A stretch of DNA of 60,207 nt, filler included, from Diploschistes diacapsis (Eukaryota), in assembly GCA_023645945.1 (NCBI GenBank). It is 8 parts of 8 records of this genome, joined end to end, with 100 filler letters (N's around TTAATTAATTAA, not from the genome) between each part and the next. Parts side by side here need not be neighbours in the genome. Positions count along the whole stretch, not along the records: positions 7,571 to 15,035 come from JALAIB010001284.1; positions 15,136 to 22,598 come from JALAIB010001285.1; positions 22,699 to 30,157 come from JALAIB010001286.1; 5 more parts are not named here. The stretch is one strand, 5' to 3'. Positions 11,471 through 23,574 of the stretch are shown piece by piece. Position numbers and translations under genes: made by a program. Each line of letters begins with the position of its first letter. Positions within the stretch are counted from its first letter, which is position 1. The notes below the pieces were generated by a model, which worked only from the letters and a program-made list of their open reading frames with translations, searched no databases and was not told the DNA's origin.

Positions 11471-13603
11471 CTACGAAGGAATAGAGTTTGGCCGCATATG
11501 CTGAGCAAGGACTGCAAAATGGCCACCTACAACGGGCCGCGCTTCGAAGCCAAAGTAATTGCCGGGCCCCTCGCGCGTGACGTTCCATCTATCGCTAAAT
11601 GGAACTTGGTTGTCCGTGCTGTTCTGGCTGATGAACGACCACACCTCATCGATGAACAGCGCCCTGGTGTTTTTGCTGGCAACGGCGCCAGTGAAATGGG
11701 CCCAGTCTGTCTTCGCCCAGTCTAGAGTGTAGTAGAGTGGTATGCCGTCTGTGTTGGAAGTGTTTGCGAACAATGTCGGGTAGTATGATGACTGCATGTC
11801 GAAGGCAGCCCGTGGAAATGTTGAAAGATCGAAGAGCGAGTCGGGGAAGAGGTTGTATGTCGTGATCCAGGTATCGTTGTAGTAGGAAGTGTTAGACATG
11901 TCGCCGTATTGGAACTGAAAATGCGTCTTATTCGCGTCTGTAGCAAGACCCTCGTTGTAGAGCCGATTCGAAAAGTTTAGGCCAACCGTGGAGTAATTAG
12001 TCATACCCGTCATCTTCCCGAATGCGTTCAACCCGATGGCACTCTTGATGGCCAGGTTGGTTTGGTTCGCGGCCGGAGCGGTGCTGTCATCCGAAGACAG
12101 TTGCGCCATCTGGTTCAGACCGTTTGTTACAAGATAATCCGCCGCAAACTGTTGGAGAATTGAAGTGTATTGGGAAGCCCATGCTGTATCTCCCGTGGCT
12201 TTTACGTACGCATAGGCGAGAATCAGAGCGTTTCCGCACTCTTCAACTGGCCGAGGCTCGTCGGCAGAGTTTTTCGCATAACCGATGGCATTGGGATATT
12301 CGCCAAGATCGTGGACGAAGAATGGAAGCGTCCATTGGCCTGTCTGCAGATACCGAAGCAGGGGTTCCAGAGTATATTTGATCCAGTCAGGGCCCAGGAC
12401 ATACCAGATCGGGAACGTGGAAAATAGCACGTCCGCTGTGTTAGCATCGCCGTCGGTAGAAATCCCTTTGACAAATATCAAAGTACTGTTAGTGTCCAGT
12501 GTATTCTGAGAGATCGTGACGTCGCAGGAACCGTAGGATTGGCGGACAGAGAGCGTCAGAATATCCGAGTAGTTGGATCCCGCTACCGACATGGCGGCAT
12601 TAGTGATCGAGGCGTCGAGTGCCTGAGACTCACTCGTAGCGTTCGGATAGTTGATGATGAAGGCCTGGATGGCAGAGGTTGTGTCATTGTATACCGATCG
12701 ATAATAGGGTGCCTGAGGGTTGCCTAAGAAATTAATAGCTGGGTCTCGAACATAGCCGATAACAAAGGTAGCATTGCTGCTAGAAGTAACATTCTGCGCA
12801 AGAGCAACAACGTCTCCCTCGACATATCCGCTGGTACCACCAGAGAGTGTACCATTTCCAGCGAAACTATCCCGAAGGTTGCCAGAATTGCCATTACCAG
12901 ACTGCACAGCAGGTCCATTTGGGCTTCCGGCAGCGAACACAACAGTGCCCCACAAAGCCTGATCACCATTCACCGCGTACGTCTTGGCGTCAAAGACGGA
13001 CAGCTCATATAGGGAGAGACTAGACGAGGTCGTGAAGTTTGAGATTGTGGCACCCCCCTGCCCTGTCCAAGTCTCGTCAATATCGGTGTACACCTGCACG
13101 TTGCTCGAGCCAGTGGCTGAGACGGTCAAGTAGCTGAAGGGCATAGACTGTCGGACGAGATCGTTTGGTGTAACTGGCGAGAAGAAATCGAGTAGGATTA
13201 TCGCATTTCCGGCACTCAATTCGAACAGCGTATGTGTGGCAGTATATTCCGCATTTGTCAAAATGGCCTCGGTAGCTCCGGACGGGGTGACCGGTAGACC
13301 CATCAAACTGTAGGCCTTGCCGTCAACTCTTGCCATGACTCCCCAGGTCAACGGAATCTGGTCCCAGAAACCTGGGATGGCCGTGGGAAGAGAGGGCACG
13401 CTTAGGCCGGGCATCCATGCTGTGACTCAGGTATTAAAGTCAATCGCTAGAGTAACCAGTTGCTCCTACGTACCTGATAGGTACGGAGTTTTGACTGCTA
13501 ATGGATATGAAGGAGGGATGATTGGAGTGAAGGCACAAAGTGCGCCTTGGAGCCACGCCTGGAAAATAGCGGCCAAGCACAGAAGCAAGCCAGCTCTGGA
13601 CAT
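11471..13603 (-). CDS. Secreted glutaminase A (GtaA)-like protein (DUF5127/DUF4965/DUF1793-type, six-hairpin barrel)
   Basis: ATG 13603 with hydrophobic signal peptide; PPSYPLAVKTPYLS|AWMP across a short intron (~13472-13423); LDFFSPV, HDLGEYPNAIG, PVEECGN, ANQTNLAIK, WAKTDW, ARPVVGGHFA; many NxS/T sites. Confidence 0.88.
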
Positions 13604-14199
13604 AATGGAAGCGTAGATCAAGGCTAGTAATTAAAAAGTAAAGGTAGCAAAAAGAAAATAATGTCGAGGACGAAGATAAATTGCCATAGCAAGATCAGCA
13701 GAACAGAAGGAATGTGACTTATTTAGTTGATTATTAACCCAGCTTGAACCTGCAAGACTGCGATGCCGTGGACACCGTTAATTGCTATCAAGATTCACAA
13801 ATGCGGCACCTTTTCCTGCACTATTAAGTGTTTTGCAGCCAAAGATAGTAACCAGTTGGAAGAGAACTGACCACACATGGTCTTGTTCTAGAAACATTTC
13901 CTGAGCACAATTGGCTGCCCATGTTTGGACAATTAATATAATCGATTAACGAGAGCGTTAATTAATGTGCAAGTAGCCGGCGATTAGTCGGACCGATTAT
14001 TTATATAGTATTTATAGAAAATTTATGCAAAATTAATAAGAAATATACGAGACTAACTCTACCTTAATCGATACCTCGTGTCTACCTTGTAGAGATAGAG
14101 ATCATAACACCCTAATAATCTTTATACATAATTACTTTTGCCATAAAAACTCTCCTACACACAAGCATTAATACTAAATAACATCTTAAAACATCATTA

Positions 14200-14409
14200 A
14201 CGTGTTCCACCACATAACGGATCACCCCCACAAAGCGGTTCACTACATTATATTGTAATTGCGCTAGATAGTTTTAAGCGAGCTTTTGAGCCCCACAACT
14301 ACACATAAAATTATTTGTACGAAACTAAATCTGTTTTCAACTACATTATACGGAGGTGCAGGGATTGTGAACCGCTTTGTGGGGTGATCCGTTATGTAGT
14401 GAAACACGT
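14200..14409. mobile_element. 210-bp MITE of the Tc1/mariner (Fot1/pogo) type
   Basis: TIRs at 14200-14243 and 14367-14409 (ACGTGTTYCACYACATAACGGATCACCCC(C)ACAAAGCGGTTCAC; 2 C/T differences and 1 indel); TA on both sides (14198-14199, 14410-14411); no coding capacity. Confidence 0.88.
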
Positions 14410-14416
14410 TACAGTA

Positions 14417-14830
14417 ACGTGTTTCACGGGGATTCCGGCCACCCCCAGATTCCGGCCACCTTAAATCATTATTTTCATCTTATATCCGATCTTTCTCAAT
14501 AATGATTATTATGATTACTTCGCATAATAATAATTCGATTTTAATAGAATTTAATATTAACGACTGTTTATAAATCTTAAAATTATAATAATATATTAAC
14601 ATTCGAGAGGTTGTCCGCGTATTTAAAGTATCTCGATTGATTATTATAAATTGACTCGATAGAACTCAATTTCGCTTTAATAGCTACGAAATAATTCAAA
14701 TTCTTTTAAATTTAAAAGAAAAGATATTAGTACGATGGATTATACGTTTTATGTAAATTGGCTTTCCTGCATCGCCTGCGTTAATGATAGAAATGGCCGA
14801 TAAAATTCGACGCGAAAGCATTCGATTCGG
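14417..14830 (+). mobile_element. 5' end of a decayed (RIP-like) Fot1/pogo DNA transposon with transposase N-terminal HTH relic
   Basis: TA+ACGTGTTTCAC terminus; subterminal direct repeat GATTCCGGCCACC x2. From 14598 the frame reads NIREVVRVFKVSR..N*..LKEKILVRWIIRFM*IGFPASPALMIEMADKIRR (psq-like and CENP-B-like HTH) with in-frame stops; very AT/TpA-rich. Confidence 0.82.
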
Positions 14831-15179
14831 TTCGAATTTAGAAATCACGATCGCTGTAATACGCAGAACCCAATAAGGGCTACCAGGGGGTATGCCAAGC
14901 ATATACCAAGGCCCGCTAGCGTGTTCTTATATAAGAACAGAGTTTTCGCAAATAGAGATAATTCTTTAAAAATTATTTCATTAATACATTTATCGTTTAG
15001 TAGAGATTTAATCACCGAATAATCATTTATTTATTNNNNNNNNNNNNNNNNNNNNNNNNNNNNNNNNNNNNNNNNNNNNTTAATTAATTAANNNNNNNNN
15101 NNNNNNNNNNNNNNNNNNNNNNNNNNNNNNNNNNNGCCCTTGTCCTCCTCAGCCTCACCACCCCCCCCCCCACCACACC

Positions 15180-16560
15180 GCTCTCAAGCCGCCAAAATAT
15201 GGCCGCTAGCATAACGTACATTCCCCCCACGCGAGATTCATGCCGAGACACTGCCTGCTCCCCTTCGAGAAGGCCACCGGGTATTTCTGCAGGCCAGGAT
15301 TCTCGAGCCGGCGCTCGGGACGAGCGCACGAGAATCCGGAGAGCTATCCTCGGCGTGATGCACGTGCATGCTCGTCATGCCCACTGGAGTGCGGGGGCGG
15401 AAGGAGCCAGTCTCTCTGCCGGAGCGCTTGTCGTGGCAGCGGAGGGGCTTGTCGGGCAAGATGCGCTTATTGCGGGCGGCGACGCCGTGGTTAAAGGTGC
15501 AGGGTTTCGCGGATCGTGGCGTTCAGGTGGGGAGCTGTTCGAGGATCGAGATGGGGGCGAGGGTGGCGGGGTCGGGCATGGCGGTTTGAAGCTCGGTTTT
15601 TACTTTGTGCACAGTGGAGGGGTCGGTATGGAGGGAGCAGAGGCCGATGCAGAGGGCCCAGGCGGTGATCTCGGTGCCGGCGCCCGTGATGATGAAGGCT
15701 TCATCTGCGAGGCGCTGAGTGGATTTTTCGTAGGGGGAGGTCGCTTCGGCGCAGCTCGTGGAAGATGGTTGGGTGGGCGAGGTCGGTGTATGTGGAGGGT
15801 AGTTGGGATTCGATCTACTCTGCGTCTTTTTTCGCTTTCTGGATATATTCACTAAGAATTGAGGGGTGAGCGTGTGAGGGGGGAAAAGCTTACCTCTTGG
15901 ACGAATACCACGGAGGCAAAGTCTGATGAGGCTTTGACTAGGAGCCACATTGGGAGACTGTTGATGGCGAGGGGTAGGAAAGGAAAATGCTTCATTAGGC
16001 AGCTAGCGCTCTCCAATGCATAGTTAGCATAGTGATAGTCTGGCGCAAAGTCCGATGCGTCGAGCCTTTTGCTCGAATGCCGAAAGCAATATTCTTCCAG
16101 TACGTCTAGAAGACGCTATTAGCTTTTCATCGTGCAATGATTCAGGAATATCTTGGAAGAGATGCACTCCATTCCTTTTCAGGCTAGTTGATGGTTGAAT
16201 ATATACCTCATATCGCACGCAAGTAAACTTATTCAAAGGCTTAAACTTCACAGCTTCTTTGCCCGGCCCTTCGCACATAGTGATGCAAAGCGGCAAGAGA
16301 TAGGTTTGAGTCTATCGAGAGCTCAAGCCGATAGCAACAATATCGGTTCGGCTCAGGGCGAAATAAGAAATGCACTTGTCATTGGCATAAGAAGGGAATA
16401 CAACGTTTGCGGTTACTACCTCGCCCTTTCCATTCTTAGTGCCGCGGAGCCTCTCAACCAGTTGCTCCGCTCTTTCGTCAATAACTGGCTGCAGCCTTCT
16501 GATGCTTGCAGTCGAGAATAGCTTGTTCAACTGCGCCCTCCGCATTCTGCTTCTTATGCT
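15180..16560 (-). pseudogene. Cytochrome P450 pseudogene (CYP58/trichodiene-oxygenase-like clan by resemblance)
   Basis: Fragments in several frames: RMRRAQLNKLFSTASIRRLQPVIDE; I-helix RLADEAFIITGAGTEITA; TGA at 15525-15523 where the K-helix ExxR should be; TPVGMTSMHVHH; PER; heme motif FSKGSRQCLG (~15272-15243). Confidence 0.78.
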
Positions 16561-17715
16561 CCACGGTAGAGAAGCCAGCCGTTTCTGAGCCAAATAGTTG
16601 ACAGGAAAACCTATATTTGTCGCGTTTCTCGCCACTTTGCGGCAGAGGCGTAGATGGTATTATAGGAACTTGGATCGAGGACTTGCAGTTCGTGCGGACT
16701 GATGCGAACGATGGGCCCGTATTTCTTGTGCAATTTCGCTATCTTCGAATTAAAAGCTATGGAAATCGACAAAGTCAGAAACATATGGGAAGCTCACCTA
16801 CTATATGTATTACTCAGTCGCGCCAACGTATTTCCTTTGCTTTGCTTCTAAGCTTGCAATCCTTATTCCAGAATGTGGTTATCACGAAACTATCTTCCTT
16901 TGGCCTCCAGAGACAGGTTAATGGTTGACTTGGGCAAGGCTACTCGAAACATTGTCTTGGAGACGGTCAACACCATAAAAAGCGGGAGAACTCATGGATC
17001 CTCCAGGATGCGCTTCAAGAGGATTCCAGCCTCGCGGACTGGCTATGACATGACAGTGGACCAGTACTGTGTCGTCGGCTAGCCTTCTTTTTCTCATGGG
17101 ATGTCGGCAAGCCGACCATTAGCCGTTGGATGCCTCGGGATTGCGTCCCGATGCAGTAGTCCAAGACTCTGGCTGCAGCAGTGGCAGTGCTGGGCAATCC
17201 TGCTCTTAATTTCTCGCAGCTCTTCTCAGCAGATGCTGCAAAGTAACCGGGTAGAATAGCGTCCTTACACTGATAAGTAAGGCGCTGAGCGACTCGCAGA
17301 AACCCCACAAAACACAAAGTCAACTAGGGTATTTGACGAACCAAAGAGACCCAGTACCTTTAGACATTCTGACACCACCTGTCAGCAGTTACATTCGCCA
17401 GGAACGTTCTCAGAAAGCTGTTAAAGTACGCCAACATCACTTCAAGCTTCAAGGCATACGATCGATGTACTGATCTATACCCGTATCCCGGGTCACAACC
17501 TTCAACCACGACCCGCGCTCAAGGCGATGCCCGACAGGTACGGGAGATGGTATGTTCCGGGGCTTGCCGTGGGTGACCGAGGGACGGGTGGTGGACAACA
17601 ACCAAAAAAACTGGATCATATATTCGCCTTTGAACAACCCAACTGCTGCCAAATTTTTTCCTCCATTCCCGTATCGGAGATATTACCCGGAATTACCTAC
17701 CCTTACGTCGCACCG

Positions 17716-17743
17716 TACCCCGTGCCCCGTGCCCCGTGCCCCG
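17716..17743. repeat. 7-bp tandem repeat (CCCCGTG-like units) inside a CCCG/CGGG-rich tract
   Basis: cgtaccccgtgccccgtgccccgtgccccgggt. Confidence 0.8.
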
Positions 17744-20098
17744 GGTAGTCATCCGGATAATGGATCCGTCATAACGTTGCCAGTCTCTCCTACTTCGTCC
17801 TCGCTCTGTTCACTCTGTTGGGTCTATATTCATGCGATAGAGCTTGCTGTCAGTCAAAAGATAAAAACCTTCGTCTTTGTGTATGATTTCTTCTTTTGCG
17901 AATTCCCCTTCCGAATTTCACGCTTTGGCCAGATATTGTGCCAAATGAATACACATCAGACGCATACCAGTATTTAATCTAATCCCCAATTCATGAATGA
18001 TCTCGGGGCGCCGGGGACGGCAAGTGGTGGTAGAGCGAGAGGTGCGTGAAGCGGCTGGAACTTTGGCGGATCCCACGATAATGTTTAGTAGGCCATCACA
18101 CAAATAACACACCTAGGGCGCAGTCCGACTCCCTTCGCGGAGTCTTTGAAACGGCGGAAGAAACCATCGAGCAACTTATCAGGCTGGAGACAGCAGCTCA
18201 AGCCCCCACCGAGGCAGAGCGAGCGCTGAAGCTTATCCTACTGAGGCAGCTCAAAGCCATCTGGAAAGTAAAATTCCAGCAAGAGCCTCCAGCTTACGTC
18301 CCGAACGGAGATTCGCAAAGAGTTCCAAATGCCGTTGACGTGACCGATGACAGTTGGTGTACTTACACTTGAGCGTTGAGTCTTGATAATGACCATCCAG
18401 GAAGGCGCAAATAGAAGTGAGCTCACTGTGCTCCAAAAAGACGGCAGCAGGCGGACACTACCACCAGCTCCTCCCGGCAGCGGTAAAACCGTCAAGAACA
18501 AGGACCGAAAGAAAGTGGCTATGGCCGTACGTGCTATTAGCCCATGAATCCCCCTTGTCTTTAGAAGAGCGTTGACCTCCCTAGTGCTCGAGATGTCGAA
18601 GGGGCAAGCTTAAATGCAGTGGCGACCTAGGAAACAGGGAAGGCTGTTCGAACTGTATAAAAGCCGGCATAGGCCCTGAGGAGTGCCAGTTTTTTAAGGT
18701 AAGGTGTTTGTCTGAATTTTATCGAGGTCGCTGAGTGTCTTGTAGAGGGCATTGAATTCTATGCAGATTTCATCACAGTCGGAGAACCTTGACGACTATG
18801 GCATGATGGAACCGTTCACGAGCTGAGAAAGTCGTCCGACGCTCGATTCAAGCTTGATAAGTTTAAAGTGACTGTCATTCGAGAAGGGAGGATGGATCTC
18901 TGAAGCATACCCGTTTATATGCGAGGCTGGAGGAATTGAGCGCAGAGCAGCTATCACATAGCGCCATGACACGTGCCGAGACGGTGAAATCCAACTGCAG
19001 AAAACATGTAGGCATAGCGTAATAGTCATCTCTATGAAGGAAGTAAGAGTGACGCTTATTTTTGGTGGATGGTGGGTGAACGGAGTCGGCGCTCAAAGAA
19101 AATGTCTTTGATGGCTTTGCCATCAAAGGGAGTACTATAAATTTTCTAGAATGAGCAGAGCTTGTCACGAACTCTGACCACCGGCATGGACTCTTCTGCT
19201 AAAGCTCACCTCTATGGGCTTGTGGATATGGGCAGGTTGCTTTAGCTCCTCTCTAATCAAAACTACATTTGACACATGGCTGCAGCAACGGCATCAGGTT
19301 CTCGATCCCAGATTTGACTTATTTACATGTCGTTTCTCTCGGACTATCCTTTATCAATGTAGGTTTCACCAATAGGACCACAGCTCCTCCCCACTTCACG
19401 CCCAAATCGTCTGAAATCCATTGTGATAGTGATTGATTGGTCAGCTATAGCACACTGAATTACTCCAATATTGATGTACTCCCCTAAGGTTTGGAAGAAA
19501 AACCAGTCACACATAAGTATTGATCCTTGATGACGCTTTAACTCGAAATACGGTCATAACCGTTCTTAATACTATTCATGAAAAATATTGTTACCCCATT
19601 TTACCCCTTTACCGATGCCGAGTCGGGTGCCGAAAATAGCCGAGTTAGCCGCCCTTAGGATTAGGCAAAGTTATTCAGCCAAAAATAAAGGTTATTCGGC
19701 GTTAGCAACCTTTGAAAAGGTCCGCCAGCGGGTTTAAATGAGAAAGGTTTTCCTAAAAGGAAAGAGTGCTGATTATTCGTGACATCTTAAAAATATTCCA
19801 GATTTTGTTGATTGTTTGTGATATCGAGTTATGTTATACGGTGCGTTTAGTCAAAGGAAAGCAAGGCGTGCACTCAGCTTTCAGCAGCTGAAGGACACTG
19901 GGGGCTCGACACCCGGGCTCAGCCCAGCTCAGCCGGGTTTTACCCAGACTCCACCCTAGTCACCCGGGTCGCGGGTGGCCGTCTCCCTAGTCCCCTAGGG
20001 GGGTGAAGTCACAGCCAGATTTCTATCCTCTTGGGAGTAGCCATCTTTGACCGCAATTACCCACCCACTGCTTGTGGAGTAGAATCAAGAATCTTACA

Positions 20099-22598
20099 AT
20101 GAATTCTAAGAACCGAAAGAGACCAAGGGGTACACGGGATGTTAATGTGCAAAAGCGGCAAAAAATTGATAACAAAGATGCATCAAGTGATTCTTATAAG
20201 ATTGCGCATCCTGCTGGCGCACTCGTAGGAATTGACGATCTGGCATGGAAGGAAGTATCATTACCTGATCGACTTGAAGATGCAGAGGGCTTCTTTGGCC
20301 TTGAGGAGATTGACCATGTGGAAGTCATTCGGGATGGGGATATTGTCCAGTATAAGCTAGGTAGGCATACAAAAGTTCTTGTAGCAGGCTTTGATTGATG
20401 AGCACGTTCTAGCTGGACATAACCAACCCAAGACAAAACCAAATGGTCACAATGAATCTGAAGATCCCGAGAGGGCACCAGACGCTGACCTTCCGGACTG
20501 GGAAGGCTTTGACAGCGAGCAATCTACAAATGGGATTGCCGGGTCGAGCATAAAGCCTAACCCAGGAAATATAATCAAGTCTGGCAAGGACCCTAAACCA
20601 GCCAGCAAGAAAGCGATTCAGCATCAAGCAAAAGAGCAACCGTCACCTAGCTCAGGTCCCCAGTCGAATGGTTTTAGAATCCTCGAAGACTTCGAGGAGA
20701 AGACTGTTGATAGTGTGTTTCTATCCCTTTTTGATACAACTCGTGGGCTAACGTGTCCAGTCTCTGCTTGGCGACCTCTCAAGCTAACTGAAGACGTATT
20801 GTCTGCTCTATCTAAATCAGGGTTTTCCAAGCCAACGTCTATCCAGGCAGCAGCAATCCCTCAGATCCTCGAAGGCTATGATGTTATTGGAAAGGCTTCT
20901 ACTGGATCTGGCAAGACGCTTGCTTTTGGCATTCCTATTCTGGAGAGTTTCCTACAGCGAAGCGAAGCTAAAACAAAGAATGAAGAAGCTCGATCGAAGA
21001 AAGATCCGCTTGCTCTGATTCTATCCCCTACAAGGGAGCTGGCTCATCAATTATCTACTCACATCAATGACCTGTGCTGCCAATTGACGTCTGAGAGGCC
21101 GCGAGTCGTTACGTTGACCGGGGGCCTTTCAATACACAAGCAAGAGCGTCTGCTTGCACAGGCGGACGTCGTGGTCGGAACTCCGGGTCGACTTTGGGAA
21201 ATCTTGAGCTCAACCGCTGGCTGCCTCGAGAAGCTAAGGAAGATCAGATTCCTAGTCATCGACGAAGCCGACCGACTGCTGAGCGAGGGCCACTTCAAAG
21301 AAGCTGAGCAGATCATCGACAGTCTCGTCCGAGAGGAAGACCCGCCGGACAACCGCAACCATACAAAAAACCATCCCTCATCATCCCCTAGCCACCGACA
21401 AACCCTCGTCTTTTCAGCAACCTTCTCCAAAGACCTCCAGCTCAAACTCACCAGTCGCCGCAAGCCCTCTACCCCAACCTCGGAGATGACCAAATCCGAA
21501 TCCCTCTCTTACCTCCTCCAAAAGCTCCCCTTCAAACTCAACACCGCCCCCAAATTCGTGGACGTATCGCCCACAACCCACCTAGCCACGAACCTCAAAT
21601 CCGGCCTCCTAGAATGCGGCGCACTCGAGAAAGACCTCTACCTTTACTCTACTATCCTCCTCCAACCCCCCTCCTCACGGATCCTAGTCTTCACGAACTC
21701 CATCTCCGCCGTCCGCCGCCTGACCCCTTTCCTCCAAACGCTCAATATCACCGTGCATCCCCTACACTCTGAAATGCCGCAAAAAGCCCGCCTCCGCTCC
21801 ATCGAGCGCTTCTCCTCCCCCCTTCCAACCTCTACGTCCACCGACGCCTCCACCACCGGCACCGCAGGCGGAGGAAGCAGCGGAGCCTCCGCAAGCTCCG
21901 TCCTCGTGGCCACCGACGTCGCGGCCCGCGGCCTGGACCTGCCCAGCATCCACCTGGTGCTGCACTACCACGTGCCCCGCGCGGCGGACGCCTACGTGCA
22001 CCGCTCCGGGCGCACCGCGCGCGCCGAGGCCTCGGGAACCAGCATCATGCTGTGCTCGCCCGAGGAGGTGCTGCCCGTGCGCCGGCTGGCGGGGCGGATA
22101 CACACTCCCTCTTCCTCCTCCACTCCGACTTGGAAATCGAAATCCACCACGGCAGGAGAGTCCACGGAGAAGAAGGGCAAGGACGGGGAGGGCGGCGACG
22201 CGGCACTCAAAACCCTCTCCCTCTCGCCGACCTTGGCCGCGCGCCTGCGGCCCCGCGTCGCGCTCGCGCAGAACATCGTGTCGGCCGCCATGTCCGTGCA
22301 GAAAGCGAAGGCGGAGCGGGCCTGGCTGGCGAAGGCGGCGGAGGACCTGGGGGTCGAGTACGACAGCGAGGAATTCGGGAAGGATGGGAAGGGAGGAGGA
22401 GGGGGAAGGAAGACGACGACGACGACGAAGAAGAAGAAGGCACGGGACAGAGCCGAGGGCGCGAGCGGGGAGCAGGTCGCGGCGTGGAAGGCGGAGCTGA
22501 AGGGCCTGCTGGGCCGGCGCGTGAATCTGGGGGTCAGCGAGCGGTATCTTTTTGGGAGGAGGGGGGTCGACGTGGACGTCGAGGGGCTGCTGAGGGAG
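20099..22598 (+). CDS. MAK5: DEAD-box RNA helicase MAK5/DDX24; 3' end cut by contig end
   Basis: WKEV..DAEGFFGLEEI N-terminal motif; introns 20361-20412 and 20713-20760; Q motif GFSKPTSIQ, ASTGSGKT, PTRELA, GTPGRL, DEAD, FSAT, ATDVAARGLD, YVHRSGRTAR. Confidence 0.93.
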
Positions 22599-22698
22599 NN
22601 NNNNNNNNNNNNNNNNNNNNNNNNNNNNNNNNNNNNNNNNNNTTAATTAATTAANNNNNNNNNNNNNNNNNNNNNNNNNNNNNNNNNNNNNNNNNNNN

Positions 22699-23574
22699 GG
22701 TGGTGAGGGTGAGGGTGAGGGTGAGGGTGAGAGCGAAGGTGGGGGAAACGTTGTGGAGGAAGGCGACGGGCCTGCTGCTGCTGCTGCTGCTGCTACTGCT
22801 ACTGATACTGATACTGATAAATGCCAAGCCGCGTCGCCGCCGGCACCGACGCCACCGTCCGCCCCGGGGCCGTGGAACACGGTGCTGGAAATCGGCGCGG
22901 GCGCAGGCAACACGGCGTTCCCGCTGCTCCGGTGCAGCCGCAACCCGGAGCTCGTGGTGCACGCGGTGGACTTCTCCAGCAAGGCCGTGCAGCTGATGCG
23001 GCAGTCGGAGCTCTTCGACGCGCGGCACATGGTGGCTTCGCAGTGGGACATGGCCTCGGGCTCGCTCCCGCCCGGCCTGGCGCCCGGCTCCGTGGACGTC
23101 GTCGTCCTCGTCTTCGCGTTCAGCGCGCTGAGCCCCAAGCAGTGGGCCCGGGCCGTTCGCAACGTTCACGCCGCGCTCAGGCCCGGCGGCGAGGTCTGCT
23201 TCCGGGACTACGGCCGCGGGGATCTCGCGCAGGTGCGCTTCAGGAAGGGGAGGTGGCTGGGCGAGAACTTCTACGTGCGCGGCGACGGCACGAGGGTCTA
23301 CTTCTTCGACGAGGAGGAGCTGAGGCGCATGTGGAGCGGGAGCGTGGCGGACGTCGCGCGGCAGGCCCTTGCGGAGGAGGAAGACGACGAGCTCGCTCCA
23401 AGTCCCGGCCGCGACGAGAGCGGAGGAGGAGGCCAAGACGCACGGCCGGCTTTCGACATCCTGAGCCTGGCGGCCGACAGGAGGCTGTTGGTCAATCGCC
23501 AGAAGCAGCTCAAGATGTATCGGTGCTGGCTGCAGGGCAGGTTCAGAAAACCGCTGCCGGTTGCTATAGAATGA
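22699..23574 (+). CDS. TRM140: tRNA 3-methylcytidine methyltransferase (Trm140/METTL2-like); 5' part missing
   Basis: LEIGAGAGNTAFP, HAVDFS, FAFSAL, FRDYGRGDLAQVRF, ENFYVRGDGTRVYFF, DRRLLVNR..MYRCWLQGRF. Confidence 0.88.
   Translation, partial: GGEGEGEGEGESEGGGNVVEEGDGPAAAAAAATATDTDTDKCQAASPPAPTPPSAPGPWNTVLEIGAGAGNTAFPLLRCSRNPELVVHAVDFSSKAVQLMRQSELFDARHMVASQWDMASGSLPPGLAPGSVDVVVLVFAFSALSPKQWARAVRNVHAALRPGGEVCFRDYGRGDLAQVRFRKGRWLGENFYVRGDGTRVYFFDEEELRRMWSGSVADVARQALAEEEDDELAPSPGRDESGGGGQDARPAFDILSLAADRRLLVNRQKQLKMYRCWLQGRFRKPLPVAIE
22701..22818. repeat. Compound microsatellite (GGTGAG)n, (CTG)n, (CTGATA)n
   Basis: Directly visible at the contig start; translates to low-complexity EG/A/TD runs. 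Confidence 0.85.
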
